From Anthoceros angustus (Eukaryota; Plantae; Anthocerotophyta): a stretch of 64,000 nucleotides of DNA. Made by a program: the position numbers and the translations under genes. Below are positions 49,601 through 60,424 of this stretch, in pieces (the first letter of the stretch is position 1; every line of letters begins with the position of its first letter). The stretch is taken from the NCBI GenBank assembly GCA_010909165.1, contig MU008164.1:1674001-1738000 (forward strand). Direction: 5' to 3'. The notes under the pieces were generated by a model. That model was not told where the DNA came from and made no database searches. It worked only from the letters and a program-made list of their open reading frames with translations.

Positions 49601-51127
49601 CCGTATGTGATGATTACGTTTGACGATGGCTCGGTGCCTTCGATCTTTGGGAGAAGTGTGGCCATAAAGCGGATCTTTGGATTTTCAAGGTAATATGTGA
49701 AAGCTTGTGACATTTGAGTCCTTTGTATGCTCCTTCACGTTCGATGTTTTGCGATATGACCATTACGGTCAAGCAAAAGCAGGCGCAAAGTTCTTTGCTG
49801 GTGAGCGGCGATCTATCGAGAGCTTTGAGCGAAGAACTCAATCGGATGCGGGATGATTTAAGGGTGTTCTTCCATCAAGCGATTGAATGTGACTCCACGA
49901 AATAGTATTTTCGAGTCACCAAGATCGCGCCCTTGCAAGTGCAACATATTAACAATGTAAGTGTTTGAGATTTGTTGCAAGTATATAGGGACTTTGTCAA
50001 AATCGTGTCGACTTGTTTGTTGGGTCTTACTCTGTGGCCACTCCTTATTCATCATGAAAGCGGACCACGAACAATGTTGGAGAACTGAGTTTTCTGCACC
50101 ATGTGGTCCACTTGTGTCTGAAGTTCTGGTATTGTCAAGTTCCTTTGTTGTGGCCATGTTGGATGATCTGTTTAATCATCTTGGTTTTGTTATTCTTGGT
50201 GGGAGTGTGGTGTTTTGGTTGCAAACATACCTCCGCGGTGGCCAAGGCATCCGGATGGATAGAGACCAACAGTGTTCTAGTGAAATTCCATATGTTGACA
50301 AGGTTGATTCTTTGTCATTTGTTTTGTTGTTGTTTTCATTTGTTTTGGAGTTTCCTAATTGTGTGCTTCTTGGCAGATTTCGAATCCATCGACTAGTGTA
50401 AGCGACCTTCATCCCTCATTTCAACATTGATATCGACTACGAGGAAGTCGATGCAGTGGCCCCTCTGTTGGAGGGCATTGTGCAGATTGAGTGTGATCAG
50501 TCATCTGAAGTTAACCAGGATAGAAATGTGGCTCTAGTAGCACCTCTGGATATCGTATTGCGACATGGAAATGGAAGTGGCTTTGAGCGTGACGGCCGAG
50601 ATCTGAACGGGGTTGGAGTATGATATTGAAGCGAAATGGAGTTTCAACGGCAAAAGGATTTGGAGGCACTTATAGAGAGGCAGTGCGGTTGAATTACAGT
50701 CTCTAAGCAAGAGAAAGCCCTTGAGATTTAGAGGCGGAGAAATGTGGAGAGGAGACAAGAGCACATTAAGCATCAAGAGAAACTCAAGCAGCAACAAAAA
50801 AAGCAGCAAGAGGTCCGAAGATTGCAGTGGGAAAGACAACATGAGCAGAAGAATGTGCCTCGAGATATGCCCACTGCTATCTGCGAAAATCCGTCAGGAT
50901 TGGTAAGTTTTGTTATGCTCTTTAAATCAGTTCTAGTAGATTGAAAATTAATGGTTGTGTTTTATTAGGTTGTGACCTTGCAGGAAGACGGACAATTTGG
51001 GCGAAGTCCTCAACTTCATCAATTGGTTGCCAATTATGATAATGCTGGCCAAGTGCCAATCAAGCCAAGTGGTCGTGAAAATTACATTTTCAATCTGTAT
51101 AATTGTACAGTTAATTTCCCAAAATAA
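46654..51127 (+). pseudogene. Multi-exon tyrosine recombinase, Crypton/DUF3504-type, disrupted; putative first exon also copied at 44386; internal 1164-bp duplication
   Basis: SFFHQVR (~47415), ALVASMK...RRILSHRDHQ (47658-47776), YFCMTRFGVRGGEELHNL (Arg 47926), SKNYK region (~48100), AWYAK...MKTMAEAAGLVGYYTNKSCRVT (48354-48467), GHK (48518), intron, RYDHS (Tyr 48620), C-terminal FNLYNCTVNFPK* (51125-51127). Confidence 0.8.
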
Positions 51128-51670
51128 GGTGAGTATCATTGCTTAAGTATTTGTTATGATCATTCCCAGTGTTTTCTAGTATCAGCCTAATTACTGTTTG
51201 GGTGCTAATTTTCGTTTTGTTTGTAGGTTTCATTGTTGTTGAAGCAGAGTTCAATCTATTCTGGTATTTACTCTTCATTACTTGAATTTGTATTTCATGC
51301 CATTCTGGATATACAGGAAACTCTGCAAAGAAAAGGTTTCTTTGTTGGTTTTTTGTATATCCTGGATCCGCATGAATATTATTTAACAGAAAATGTTTTT
51401 GTCAGATTAGCGATTTTGGTGGGATTTCTAGAATGAGCTTCTACTAGATGCACCTGGTATTCACTTGGTCGTCATTTTTTTCTACTCTAGTGCTCTGTTT
51501 TCTACCTTGATGGTAGATCATTTTCACCCCACTTGGCATATTTTCTACTATATTGTAATGAATTTTACTATATTGGGTAAAACAATGACCAAAAGGTCAA
51601 TTCTCTCTCTAAAATTCACCTCCACTACCGAAAAAATCAACTGGGCGTCGAGGCCCCGGACGAGGCAGCG

Positions 51671-54200
51671 ACTTTACGTATGTGCATTGACTACAGGCCT
51701 TAATTCATTGACTAAGCGGAACACTTTTCCTCTACCTCGTATTGATGAGCTTTTGGAGGGATTGGCTGGTGCTCGGTACTTCACCAAACCAGATCTAGCA
51801 AGTGGATATCATCAGTTCGTATTGCTGCGGGGATGAGGAGAAACCGCATTTAATGCGATGCGGCCACTATGAGTGGCTGGTTATGTCGTTCGGGATGACA
51901 AATGCTTGACATCCTTAGACTCTTATGAATAATATATTTCATGGCATGATCAATCGAGGGCTGCTTGTTTATCTCGATGATATTCTCATCTATGGAGCTA
52001 CGTGAGGAGCATGACCAGCAGCTTAAGTGAGCGTTGCGGCTCATCATCTCTATGTCCAAGCTCCAAGTGTGAATTCTTGCAAGAACGCTTGGAGTACTTA
52101 GGGCACATTATTGATGCTGAAGGTATCCGTAGACCCGCTAAGATTGGTCATTAGGGATGGCGATTCCTCGGCAAGTACACGATGTGCAGAGCTTCCTCGG
52201 TCTTGCATCATATTACCGTAAGTTTGTTTCACGGTTTGCTCATGTGGCTGCCCCCCTCACCCAGCTGCTTCAGCACGGCCAGGCTTGGACTTGGGGTGCT
52301 GCTCAAGATAATGCTTTTCATGCTATCCAGACTGCTTTGGTGACTGCCCCTGTGTTGGCATACCCAAATCCGGCCTTCCCTTTTATTGTTACAACTGATG
52401 CCTCCAACCTTGCCATCGGTGCGGTCCTTCAACAAGACCAAGGCCAAGGCCGCCAGCCGATTGCTTACTTCTCGCGAAAGTTGAAGGGTGCCGAGTTGAA
52501 TTGGACAACCAGTGAAAAAGAGACTTTAGCTTAGGTCTTGGCTTTAAAGACATGGCGCTGCTGCAAGTCGGGAGATTATCGGGACTCTCATACAGGATGC
52601 CGATGCCCACTCTGCTTTGCAAGCCCTTCGAGCTGGTTCCCGTGACTGGGCTGAGCGGGATGGTCTTCTTTGGTATCGTCACCGGCTCTTCATCCCTCAG
52701 GTTCCCCATATCCGTCGGGCTTTGATTTCTGAAGCCCACGACGTTCCATCTGCAGGTCATCAAGGTATAAGTCGGACTACTTCCACTCTCAGTCGGCTCT
52801 AATTTTGGCCTCAGCTCAACCAGGACGTTTGAGATTATGTCCTCCTCTGTAACTCATGCCAGCGCAACAAAGCTTATCACCAACGCCCGCTGCTCCAACC
52901 CTTGCTGTCTCTTTATTGCCTTGGGAGCAAGTCACACTTGACTTTATAACGGATTGCCTCGCCTCACCGGCTCTTCATCCTCGGGTTCCCCATATCCGTC
53001 GGGCTTTGATTTAAAAGTGACGTTCCATCTGCAGTCATCAAGGTATAAGTCGGACTACTTCCACTCTCGATCGGCTCTATTTTTTGGCCTCGGCTCAACG
53101 GACGTTTGAGATTATGTCCTCCTCAGAACTCCTGCCGGCGCAACAAAGCTTATCACCAACGCCTGCCTGCTCCAACCCTGTCTCTTTATTGCCTTGGGAG
53201 CAAGTCACACTTGACTTTATAACGGATTGCCTCGCCTTGCTGGCTTTGATGCATTGCTGGTCTTCACGGATAAGCTTACCCGTCAAGTGCTCCTTGCCCC
53301 ACTCGAGACATGCTCGAGCAAGCTGACTTATTTTTGAAAGTAGTTTATCGTGCCCATAGCCTCCTCGCTCTCTTGTGGCGACCGTGATTCAGTTTACTTC
53401 CGCTTCGGCAAGCGGTTCACCGTCTTGGCACCAAGCTCGTATGTCTCGCCTTTCATCCTCGGTGATGGTGGCGCTAGCTAATCAAGTTTTAGAGGATATT
53501 CTCCGTGCTTATGCGGCGTGCACCAAGCTCGGTGGCGGACTTTCTCCACCTCGTTGAGTTTGCCTACAACAATGCCCCTAATGCCTCAACCCGAGTTACT
53601 CCATTCTTGTTCAACAAAGGTTTTCACCCTCGCCGTTGCTTCCTTCCTTGCCTCTCGCTTGCCGTCCTACAGATTTCCTCACCCAACGTGTCCAGATTCA
53701 GGAGTAGGCTCGTCAGTTCGCCCATGAAGCCCAAAACCGCCAAGCCCAGTCTGCCAATCATCGTCGTCGTCCTCAAGAATTTGCAGTTGGTACCTATGTC
53801 TGCCCGAAATTTGTCCCTTCCTGGGATTCGTAAGATTTCCCCTCATTTTGTTGGTCCTTACCATATCCTCCGTCGCATTGGCCCTGTGGCCTATGAGCTT
53901 GCCCTTCCCTCTGAATCTCGCATTCACCCTATCTTTCATGTTTCCTTGCTCAAACTTTTTAACGGCTCCCCACCTTCTGTCCCAGCCCCGATACATACCT
54001 GTGACGGTCCCGCATATGAAGTGAAGAGCCTTCTCCGCCACCGATGTGTTCGCCATCGGTATGAATTTTTAGTGCTGTGGAAAGGTTTCCCCATTAGCGA
54101 TGCCTCTTGGGAACCCCTTGCCAACCTTTCTCGTTCTCCTGACCTTCTTAGTGTCTATGCTCGTTATCATCACCTACATCTTCCCGGCTTCGAGGACGAA
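51671..54200 (+). pseudogene. Gypsy RT (remainder), RNase H, integrase (HHCC + core) and chromodomain; ~290-bp internal duplication at ~52680-53230
   Basis: TLRMCIDY, FPLPRIDELL, YLDDILIY, TDASNLAIGAVLQQ, PIAYFSRKL, AHD...GH...C..CQRNK, VTLDFIT, YEV..LL...YEFLVLWKGFP..DASWEP. Confidence 0.9.
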
Positions 54201-54222
54201 GCCTCTTCCACCCGGGGTGAGT

Positions 54223-54437
54223 TGTCACGGATAAAGTTTGATAGCGCTTAGTCTTCCGCAATTAGAGGCAGGATAATCCGCTGTTTGCTGTGATCACGGC
54301 GAGGCTACCACCATAATATGTGGCATGTACTATGAAAGCCCCGTGCATAAAAGCCCGGCTCCCTTACTAGTAGACAGTCTCTCTTGGTACAAGTGTACTC
54401 TCCTACTTGCTCCCTGTTTGCAGTCCGGCTCATGACA
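54223..54437 (+). repeat. 3' LTR (215 bp), preceded by TCGAGGACGAA and a short purine-rich tract, followed by TSD GCGAG
   Basis: Match to 5' LTR with roughly 10 substitutions and two indels by eye. Confidence 0.92.
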
Positions 54438-56064
54438 GCGAGGTTGTGAACTGGGAAGAGCCCATGACATACAAGCTTAAGGGAGACACTTGCATTTCTG
54501 GCGTATGTACAGCCGAGCGAGGACTCAGCCAAGGGGCCAGGGGCCTGATTGTCCGTGTCACTTTTGCTCGTCTTTTGAAGGCCTGTGCAATACCACTGGT
54601 GCGTAACTTAAAGAAGGGCAGGCAGCTGCACTTGCCAATTGTGGAAACAGGACAGCTACAAAGTGACATTCTGGTCAGCAACAGCTAGCCTGGACAGTGG
54701 ATATGCATGTATGCAAAATCTGACGAACTGCAAGTGGATGCTGGTGCCTTGCAAGGAGCCTAGGGCAGGCATGGAGGACAAATGTGGCGGAGTGGAAGAT
54801 GCACGCTAGGTCATTCACGCTTTGGACTCAAAAGAGGTGGGGACATGCATATGGAAGGCCCTGATAGCTGGGCATGTAAAGTATATTGGGAGAAAAGCAT
54901 CCCATAGAATCTGGCAGCTTTTGACAGTCAGACATGTCGACGTACATAAATGATGCCTTCGTCGAGATCCAAACCTCCAAAGATGTCACCGTGCCAGGAA
55001 AGACGATGACGATTGTCAATGTGTGATGCAAGGTGGAACGCCGACACCCGTGTATGCATCACAGTTTTTAACGGGCCCGCACACAAACGAAAAGACATGC
55101 TTGTGGGCGGTTGCCTGCTCTGGTGGACAAAATGCTCTACTCCACCGTGAAGCAAATGCTCTAGATCTAGAGCATCAACCTGTTATCCAGATAACAGGTT
55201 GATCATGGCTAACAGAAACCACACAATAGTTACTGGTACGAGCTCGTCCGTCAGTGCAGGCCCAGGCCAGGTCAATGTCCAGAAGGCACTATCTGTCCTT
55301 GTACACCGATGTCTTTCCAACCATGTAGAGAACCACCACGGTAGCCATGAGCCCGTATACATGGAGACTCCATAAACAGGAATTCATACAATCCTACAAG
55401 TGTGTGCGTAAGCCTCCCGACATTAACATCATTGAAACCATATATATCCCATATTTGGACGCGCCGGGTGTTCATATCATCATGGTCCTATCTATCCTTG
55501 GAGGCCTGCCGATGACACAAACACACACACACAGGCTGATCACACTTCTTCCATCACCTTGCACTGGGCCGGGGGTTTCCAGCGGACAGAATAATAAAAA
55601 GCCAGTCTGGCCAGAGACCTGCGACAACGGATTCTGCTCGTGTTTGGTAGGACAGTTTATGGACTCTGAACACCGGTCCATCACGACATGTTTTCTCGGA
55701 ACCACGACTCTTGTCGCTTGCACCTCCCAATCTACCCCTCTGAGGACAATCTCCCAAGTTCTGATATACAGGTGCGCAACTGGCAAGACAAAGTCTTAGA
55801 GCGGAGCCATCTTCCTCTGCAATAAGAAAAAGGAAAATCAAGGCCCTCTGCATATGCAAAATTGAAGGAAAGTGGTGGGTATCAATGTCTGTGCTTCTCA
55901 TGTTCTCAACCAAAACTACTTCAGATCTTGTTGCAGGAAACGATTGGCAGCCTTCTAGACACTTTCGGCTCCGACCAGTCTGAGGTTCTACCCATTCGAG
56001 TCAGCTACGAACTTGAACACAGCTTCCAACAGCACACACTTGACAGAGTTGAACTAGAAACCTG

Positions 56065-57996
56065 TCAAACACCAAAACCATTCGGCCGGAAGAGAGGGCA
56101 CGAATATTTGTTCCAGACGAATTCACTCTCGCATTTGGAAATGTGACTCCATGCATTCTGGAGAAGGTGGTAGCCCACCAAGTGCGTGCACTCCCGTCAT
56201 GGTCGAGGACAACGTCCGTAGCAACACTGAAATACATTGTATCACCCAACAAGGTTGCTCCATCCAACCGGATCCTCCGATTCCTCGCCCGCCGCTGATA
56301 CCTCTGCGAATCGAAGAGCACTTTGTGCAAATGCTCAGGCAGAACCGATACCTTGCGCCACATATATGGGCTCCTTTCCAGCTCCCAAAACCCAAAATTC
56401 ACCAAATTGTGCTGGTGGTCGTCTTGTTGAAGGCGCCAAATTCTACCCGCCACGCAAAGAATTTGCAGATAGCTCTGGGCACCGTATCCATATCTTCATC
56501 AGGACCTTGGTATTTCCCATCCCAAATAACTCGGCCACTTTCCAGACAGTGGATGTTCATCAAGTGGGTCCACTTTGCTTCGCACAGTTGATCAGCACTG
56601 CACAAAAAGTACTGAGGCCAGTCGTTTTTCCCACTAAGACGGAAAACCAGAGTGGTTGAGACAGGGCCGTGGCTTTCCAGCTATCATCCTTGGACCTGTA
56701 GATGGTTGCAGTTGGTATGCCTCTCTGCACACACAAAACGATGACAGTGAAGTCCCCGCTTTCTTCCACCTCAAATTGGAATCTCCAAGATTCTGGGTAC
56801 TCGTGGAAGTCAGCTTCCATGCCAAACTGAGGTGGCAGCTCTTTGAATGTTCTGGTAATAGGATTGGCAACGCAGAAACTCATACCTACTGCCTTCTCGC
56901 TCTCGTCATCATAATCTCGAGAGCACTTATGTATGTTCTCTGCTGTAAAATACCTCTCCTCATCCACCCCCTCTTCATCCAAAGGCTCCTCCTCCTCCTC
57001 TCCGTCTTCCTCATCCTCCTCCTCCTCCTCCTCCTCCTCCTTCTCCTTCTCCTCCTCTTCTTCATCCTTCTCATCCTCATCATCCTCATCACTCTCTCCA
57101 TCATCCCCATCCGCATCCCCATCCTCGTTCCAATGCCTCTCCTCGTCTGCATCCGTGTCATCATCCTCCTCCCCATCTCCGTTGCAATGCCTCTCCTCCT
57201 CCTCCTCCTCCTCCTCTTCGTCTTCATCTGCGTCTTCCTCATCATCCTCATCATCCCCATCCCCATCCCCATTCCCCACTCCAGCGCCATAATATGTATT
57301 ACATACAGACACCGGAGAGGCTGAGTTTCAAGCTTAGGTCTTTCGGTCTTCGGTTTGTCGAGCTTGAAAATGCAAACCAGTCCGTCCTTCACAAGGAACT
57401 CCTGGCTCCGAAAGACTGGAATTTGGGAGGAAGAAAGGACAACCCAAGCTCCAGAACCTCCAACTCCCTGTCTCAGACGGCGTTTGAGCGGGCGGCTCGA
57501 AAGAAGCCAGCTCGCCAAGCTGGTACTGCAGGCTGCACACCGGTCGAGGCTCCACGGAGTCACACAAGCGCTTCAAATCTGGGGATGCTAAGGAAGACTG
57601 CCAGCCCTTGCAGACGATGGAGAAGCGAATGCGGCTGCCCAATGGCAGCCTGGCCAGAACTGTGTCCAGACACTCTTGGGGCAGATTGCTCCACACACAA
57701 GGCTCCATCTCGAAGCTGCATGGATCCAATGGTTCCGCCAACCGCCCGTGCAGCAACTGCAGCTGGAAATGGGGTTTCCCGATCCATGTTCGGCATGAAG
57801 AGCACCTCGTGCTTATGAAGAACATTGGACCTTGGTCCTCCCCATCATCGCCCGCGTTTACATTGGCAGCCCGTTGCTCCAACCCTCGACCCAGCAAAGC
57901 CTCCAACCTCGGATGGGAATCGTCCCACCCTTGATTCCACTCCTTGCATTCTTGGCACAAGCGGTTGATGCGGATCCACGATCTCACGTTCACCAT
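56065..57996 (-). pseudogene. Most complete F-box family copy (F-box, ~95-residue D/E tract, propeller-like C-terminus), with about 3 frameshifts
   Basis: WSNLPQECLDTVLARLPLGSRIRFSIVCKGWQSSL; FCVANPITRTFKELPP; IYRSKDDSWKA; LDGATLLGDTMYF; LFRPNGFGV*. Confidence 0.82.
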
Positions 57997-58258
57997 CGAC
58001 AATTAAGCCAAGACACTGGGGACGGTGTGAAGTTCTCACTCCCGGACACGGGGACGGGTACGAAGTTCCCACTCCGGCGGCGGAAACACTCTCGGCGGGG
58101 AAAGGAGAAACGTCGAAGATTTATCAAGTGGTCTCCACTCAAATCACTTGACAACAGAGAGTGTGGGCGCGCCACGACAGACATGTCAATTTAGGGCTTA
58201 CTCATCATGCGCTTCCTCTTTTTCAGGGTTGGTTTGAGGGCCAGGATTGCCTCTAATG

Positions 58259-58327
58259 TCAATGTGACAAAACCAACATGTGCAAACCTTAAATTTCAAT
58301 GTGACAAAACCACCATGTGCAAACCTT
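58259..58327. repeat. 38-bp-period direct repeat upstream of the F-box copy
   Basis: caatgtgacaaaacca.catgtgcaaacctt present twice. Confidence 0.8.
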
Positions 58328-58384
58328 AACCGCCAACGTCACCGACGAGATACGCACTGCCCGCGCGGGAAATGCGAGACTTGC

Positions 58385-59664
58385 TTCACCAGGAATGGAA
58401 AGCCGGTGTACCAGTGCTTGGGCACCTTCCGTTCAGCCAATACACATTAATGTCGCATGGCTGTGTTGTTCATGAAAGTGAGCCCAGAGGCTCCTCTTCA
58501 CGGAGTGTGCCTTCTCACCTGTGGAGTGGCCACAGGTACGATGATTTCAGTAATAGCAATTCGTTTAGTTGAGGGAGTAGCGTCCTTACCATGTAATTCT
58601 GCAGGCCTGGGAGCTGCTTGGAAGAGTGCCAAAGTGCATGCTCGATCAACTTGTGGCCATCTTTGGCCTTGGAACTGTAGGACTAGCGGTAGGACTTTCA
58701 TGTGTCCCTCTGGCAAGAGTGAATCCTCTGTGCGCTCTGCTCTGGTCGTCTGCATCCATTGACCTGATCGTGTGTTTGTGGCAGGTGGCTGAAGATGCCC
58801 GAGTGGCTGGAGCTTCTGGGATCATTGGAGTTGATGTGAGCCCAGAGAAGGCTGCACCAGGTAAATGTCATGAATGTCACTCTTGCTGTAGTAGATAGAT
58901 GGTGGGCTTTTAATGGTGACGAGCCTCATGTTCTCCCAGGTCATGTTTTCGGAGCCACAGACTTCGTCTATCACGACAAGCCCATTCACCAGGTAGACAG
59001 ACATGGAGTACAAAGTCAGCAGTTTTTCTTGCACCTCTGGCAAGGATGTCGACACGGAAGCGGAGTCTGGACCGGATATTTCAGGTGATCGCTCATATGA
59101 CAGACGGAGGGTGGACTACGCCTTTCAGCGTGTGGGGACCATCGACCTCATGCAGGCCGCTTATGAGTGTCCCCACAAACAGGTATGGGGTGTTGCTGTG
59201 GTGATGGGGATCGCAAGTGCAGGCCATTCCATCAGTTTCAACCACCGGCTGCTCTTCACCGGCCGGATCATCAAAGGCGCAGTCTACGGAGACTTCAAAG
59301 GACGATCAGACTTGCCCGGCCTAGTTGACAAGTACCTGAGAAAGGTAAGATGTAAGTAACATGGTGCGGCTGTCTGGTGCCCAACATAATGATGGCATGT
59401 TTGCAGGAATACAATCTTGACGACTTTGTCACTCACAACTTCTCCCTGTCTCCAATCAACAATGCGTTCGAGCTCATGAGGCAGGGAAAAGGCTTGAGAT
59501 CTGTCATTCGTCTTGCTGAAAAGTTCGGAGAAACAATTTCCAGTTTCATCAAATCGGTCTTGTTGTTGGTTACGGGAGCCATGGTAGCTTCCCGTGTAGC
59601 TTCTTACTGTTTCCCTTGTGTTAAAGCTGGTCTTGTCTACAGCGTCAGCGTTTGTCCGCATTAG
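58385..59664 (+). pseudogene. Zinc-dependent alcohol dehydrogenase-like gene, 3' two-thirds with introns; N-terminus missing
   Basis: NGKPVYQCLGT, FSQYT, VCLLTCGVATG|LGAAWKSAKV, VAIFGLGTVGLA, IIGVD, FGATDF, VDYAF, WGVAVVMG, GRIIKGAVYG, VDKYL, LDDFVTH, INNAFELM; GT-AG introns retained. Confidence 0.85.
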
Positions 59665-60039
59665 CTAGCTCCTGCTGTTCTAATACAATGAACTTTGTCA
59701 TGTGAGCACGCAAGTGGAGTGGTAATACTCCTGGCTGATGGGGTTGTCAAAGCTGTACATGTGTGGATCCAAGGTTTCCGGTTCATGGTCGGTTGGCGGA
59801 TCCGCCAACCGACCATGAAAGACTTTCAGCATGAACTGGGGTTTCCTGATCCATGCTCCTCACTTTGAGCGGCTAGGTCTGTATTCATCACCTCCGTCTT
59901 CAGAAGACGCCGCACGAGAAGTCCTCTCCACAGAAGAGTCCGACGAATCCCTTTCTTGGTTGTCTTCACATTCGTAGTACAGCTCCAGGCTCGTGACAAA
60001 CGTCCAGCTGCTTTACCAACTACAAAGATATCTGGCTGT

Positions 60040-60424
60040 CCTGTGCTCCCAAACCCAGGATGAAATGTCCTCCGCAACCAACAAGAGCAGCAAGTGGCAC
60101 AGCCACAAGTGATAGGGAATCAATTCCAATACTCTGGACAGACAGTGTTCCAGAGACCGTTCCAGCATCCAGACTCGCACAGCTCCATCCAATGAGCTGG
60201 AGGCTGTCGAAGCCTCGGAAGCAGCAGAACATAGCCAGAAATACAAGTGTCTGCTCGTCCAGCTCACAACCTCGCCTCCACTTCCCTTGCAAGGGCTTGT
60301 ATCCCACAAAATTCTAACCCCATCGGCGCTCCCTGATAGCAAGAGTATTTCACCATGCATGTTCCTCTATTGCACATAGAGGCTCCCTCCACATGCACAC
60401 CGTCTGCTCCACACTTGAGTCCAT
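60040..60424 (-). pseudogene. ELP2: ELP2 5' fragment (inverted copy)
   Basis: ATG GAC TCA..GADGVHVEGA..CNR, ILLLSGSADG, KWRRGCEL, SSSLDGAVRVW. Confidence 0.72.

Larger units (their letters stand above)
34035..51670. mobile_element. Nested insertion (34035-35562 + 39552-51670, ~13.6 kb) carrying a tyrosine recombinase; candidate Crypton-like DNA transposon
   Basis: Removing it restores ...AAA AAC GGT|ACT TTA CGT ATG TGC ATT GAC TAC (KKNG|TLRMCIDY) in the Gypsy RT with no TSD; no TIRs seen; contains YR gene. Confidence 0.7.
31849..54437 (+). mobile_element. Chromovirus-type Ty3/Gypsy LTR retrotransposon (originally ~5 kb) inflated by a nested insertion and duplications
   Basis: LTRs 31849-32059 and 54223-54437 (TGTCA...TGACA), 5-bp TSD GCGAG, PBS, gag, protease, RT, RNase H, integrase, chromodomain. 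Confidence 0.93.

Noticed and set aside
34035-51670. Helitron, hAT or MULE identity for the nested insertion
   Set aside because: Target is T^A rather than A^T, ends are not TC...CTRR, there is no TSD, and I could not find terminal inverted repeats although the left end starts with a hAT-like CAGTGGCGG.
51465-51836. 123-aa ORF fusing novel sequence to RT
   Set aside because: Chance read-through from the insertion's right end into the frameshifted Gypsy RT.
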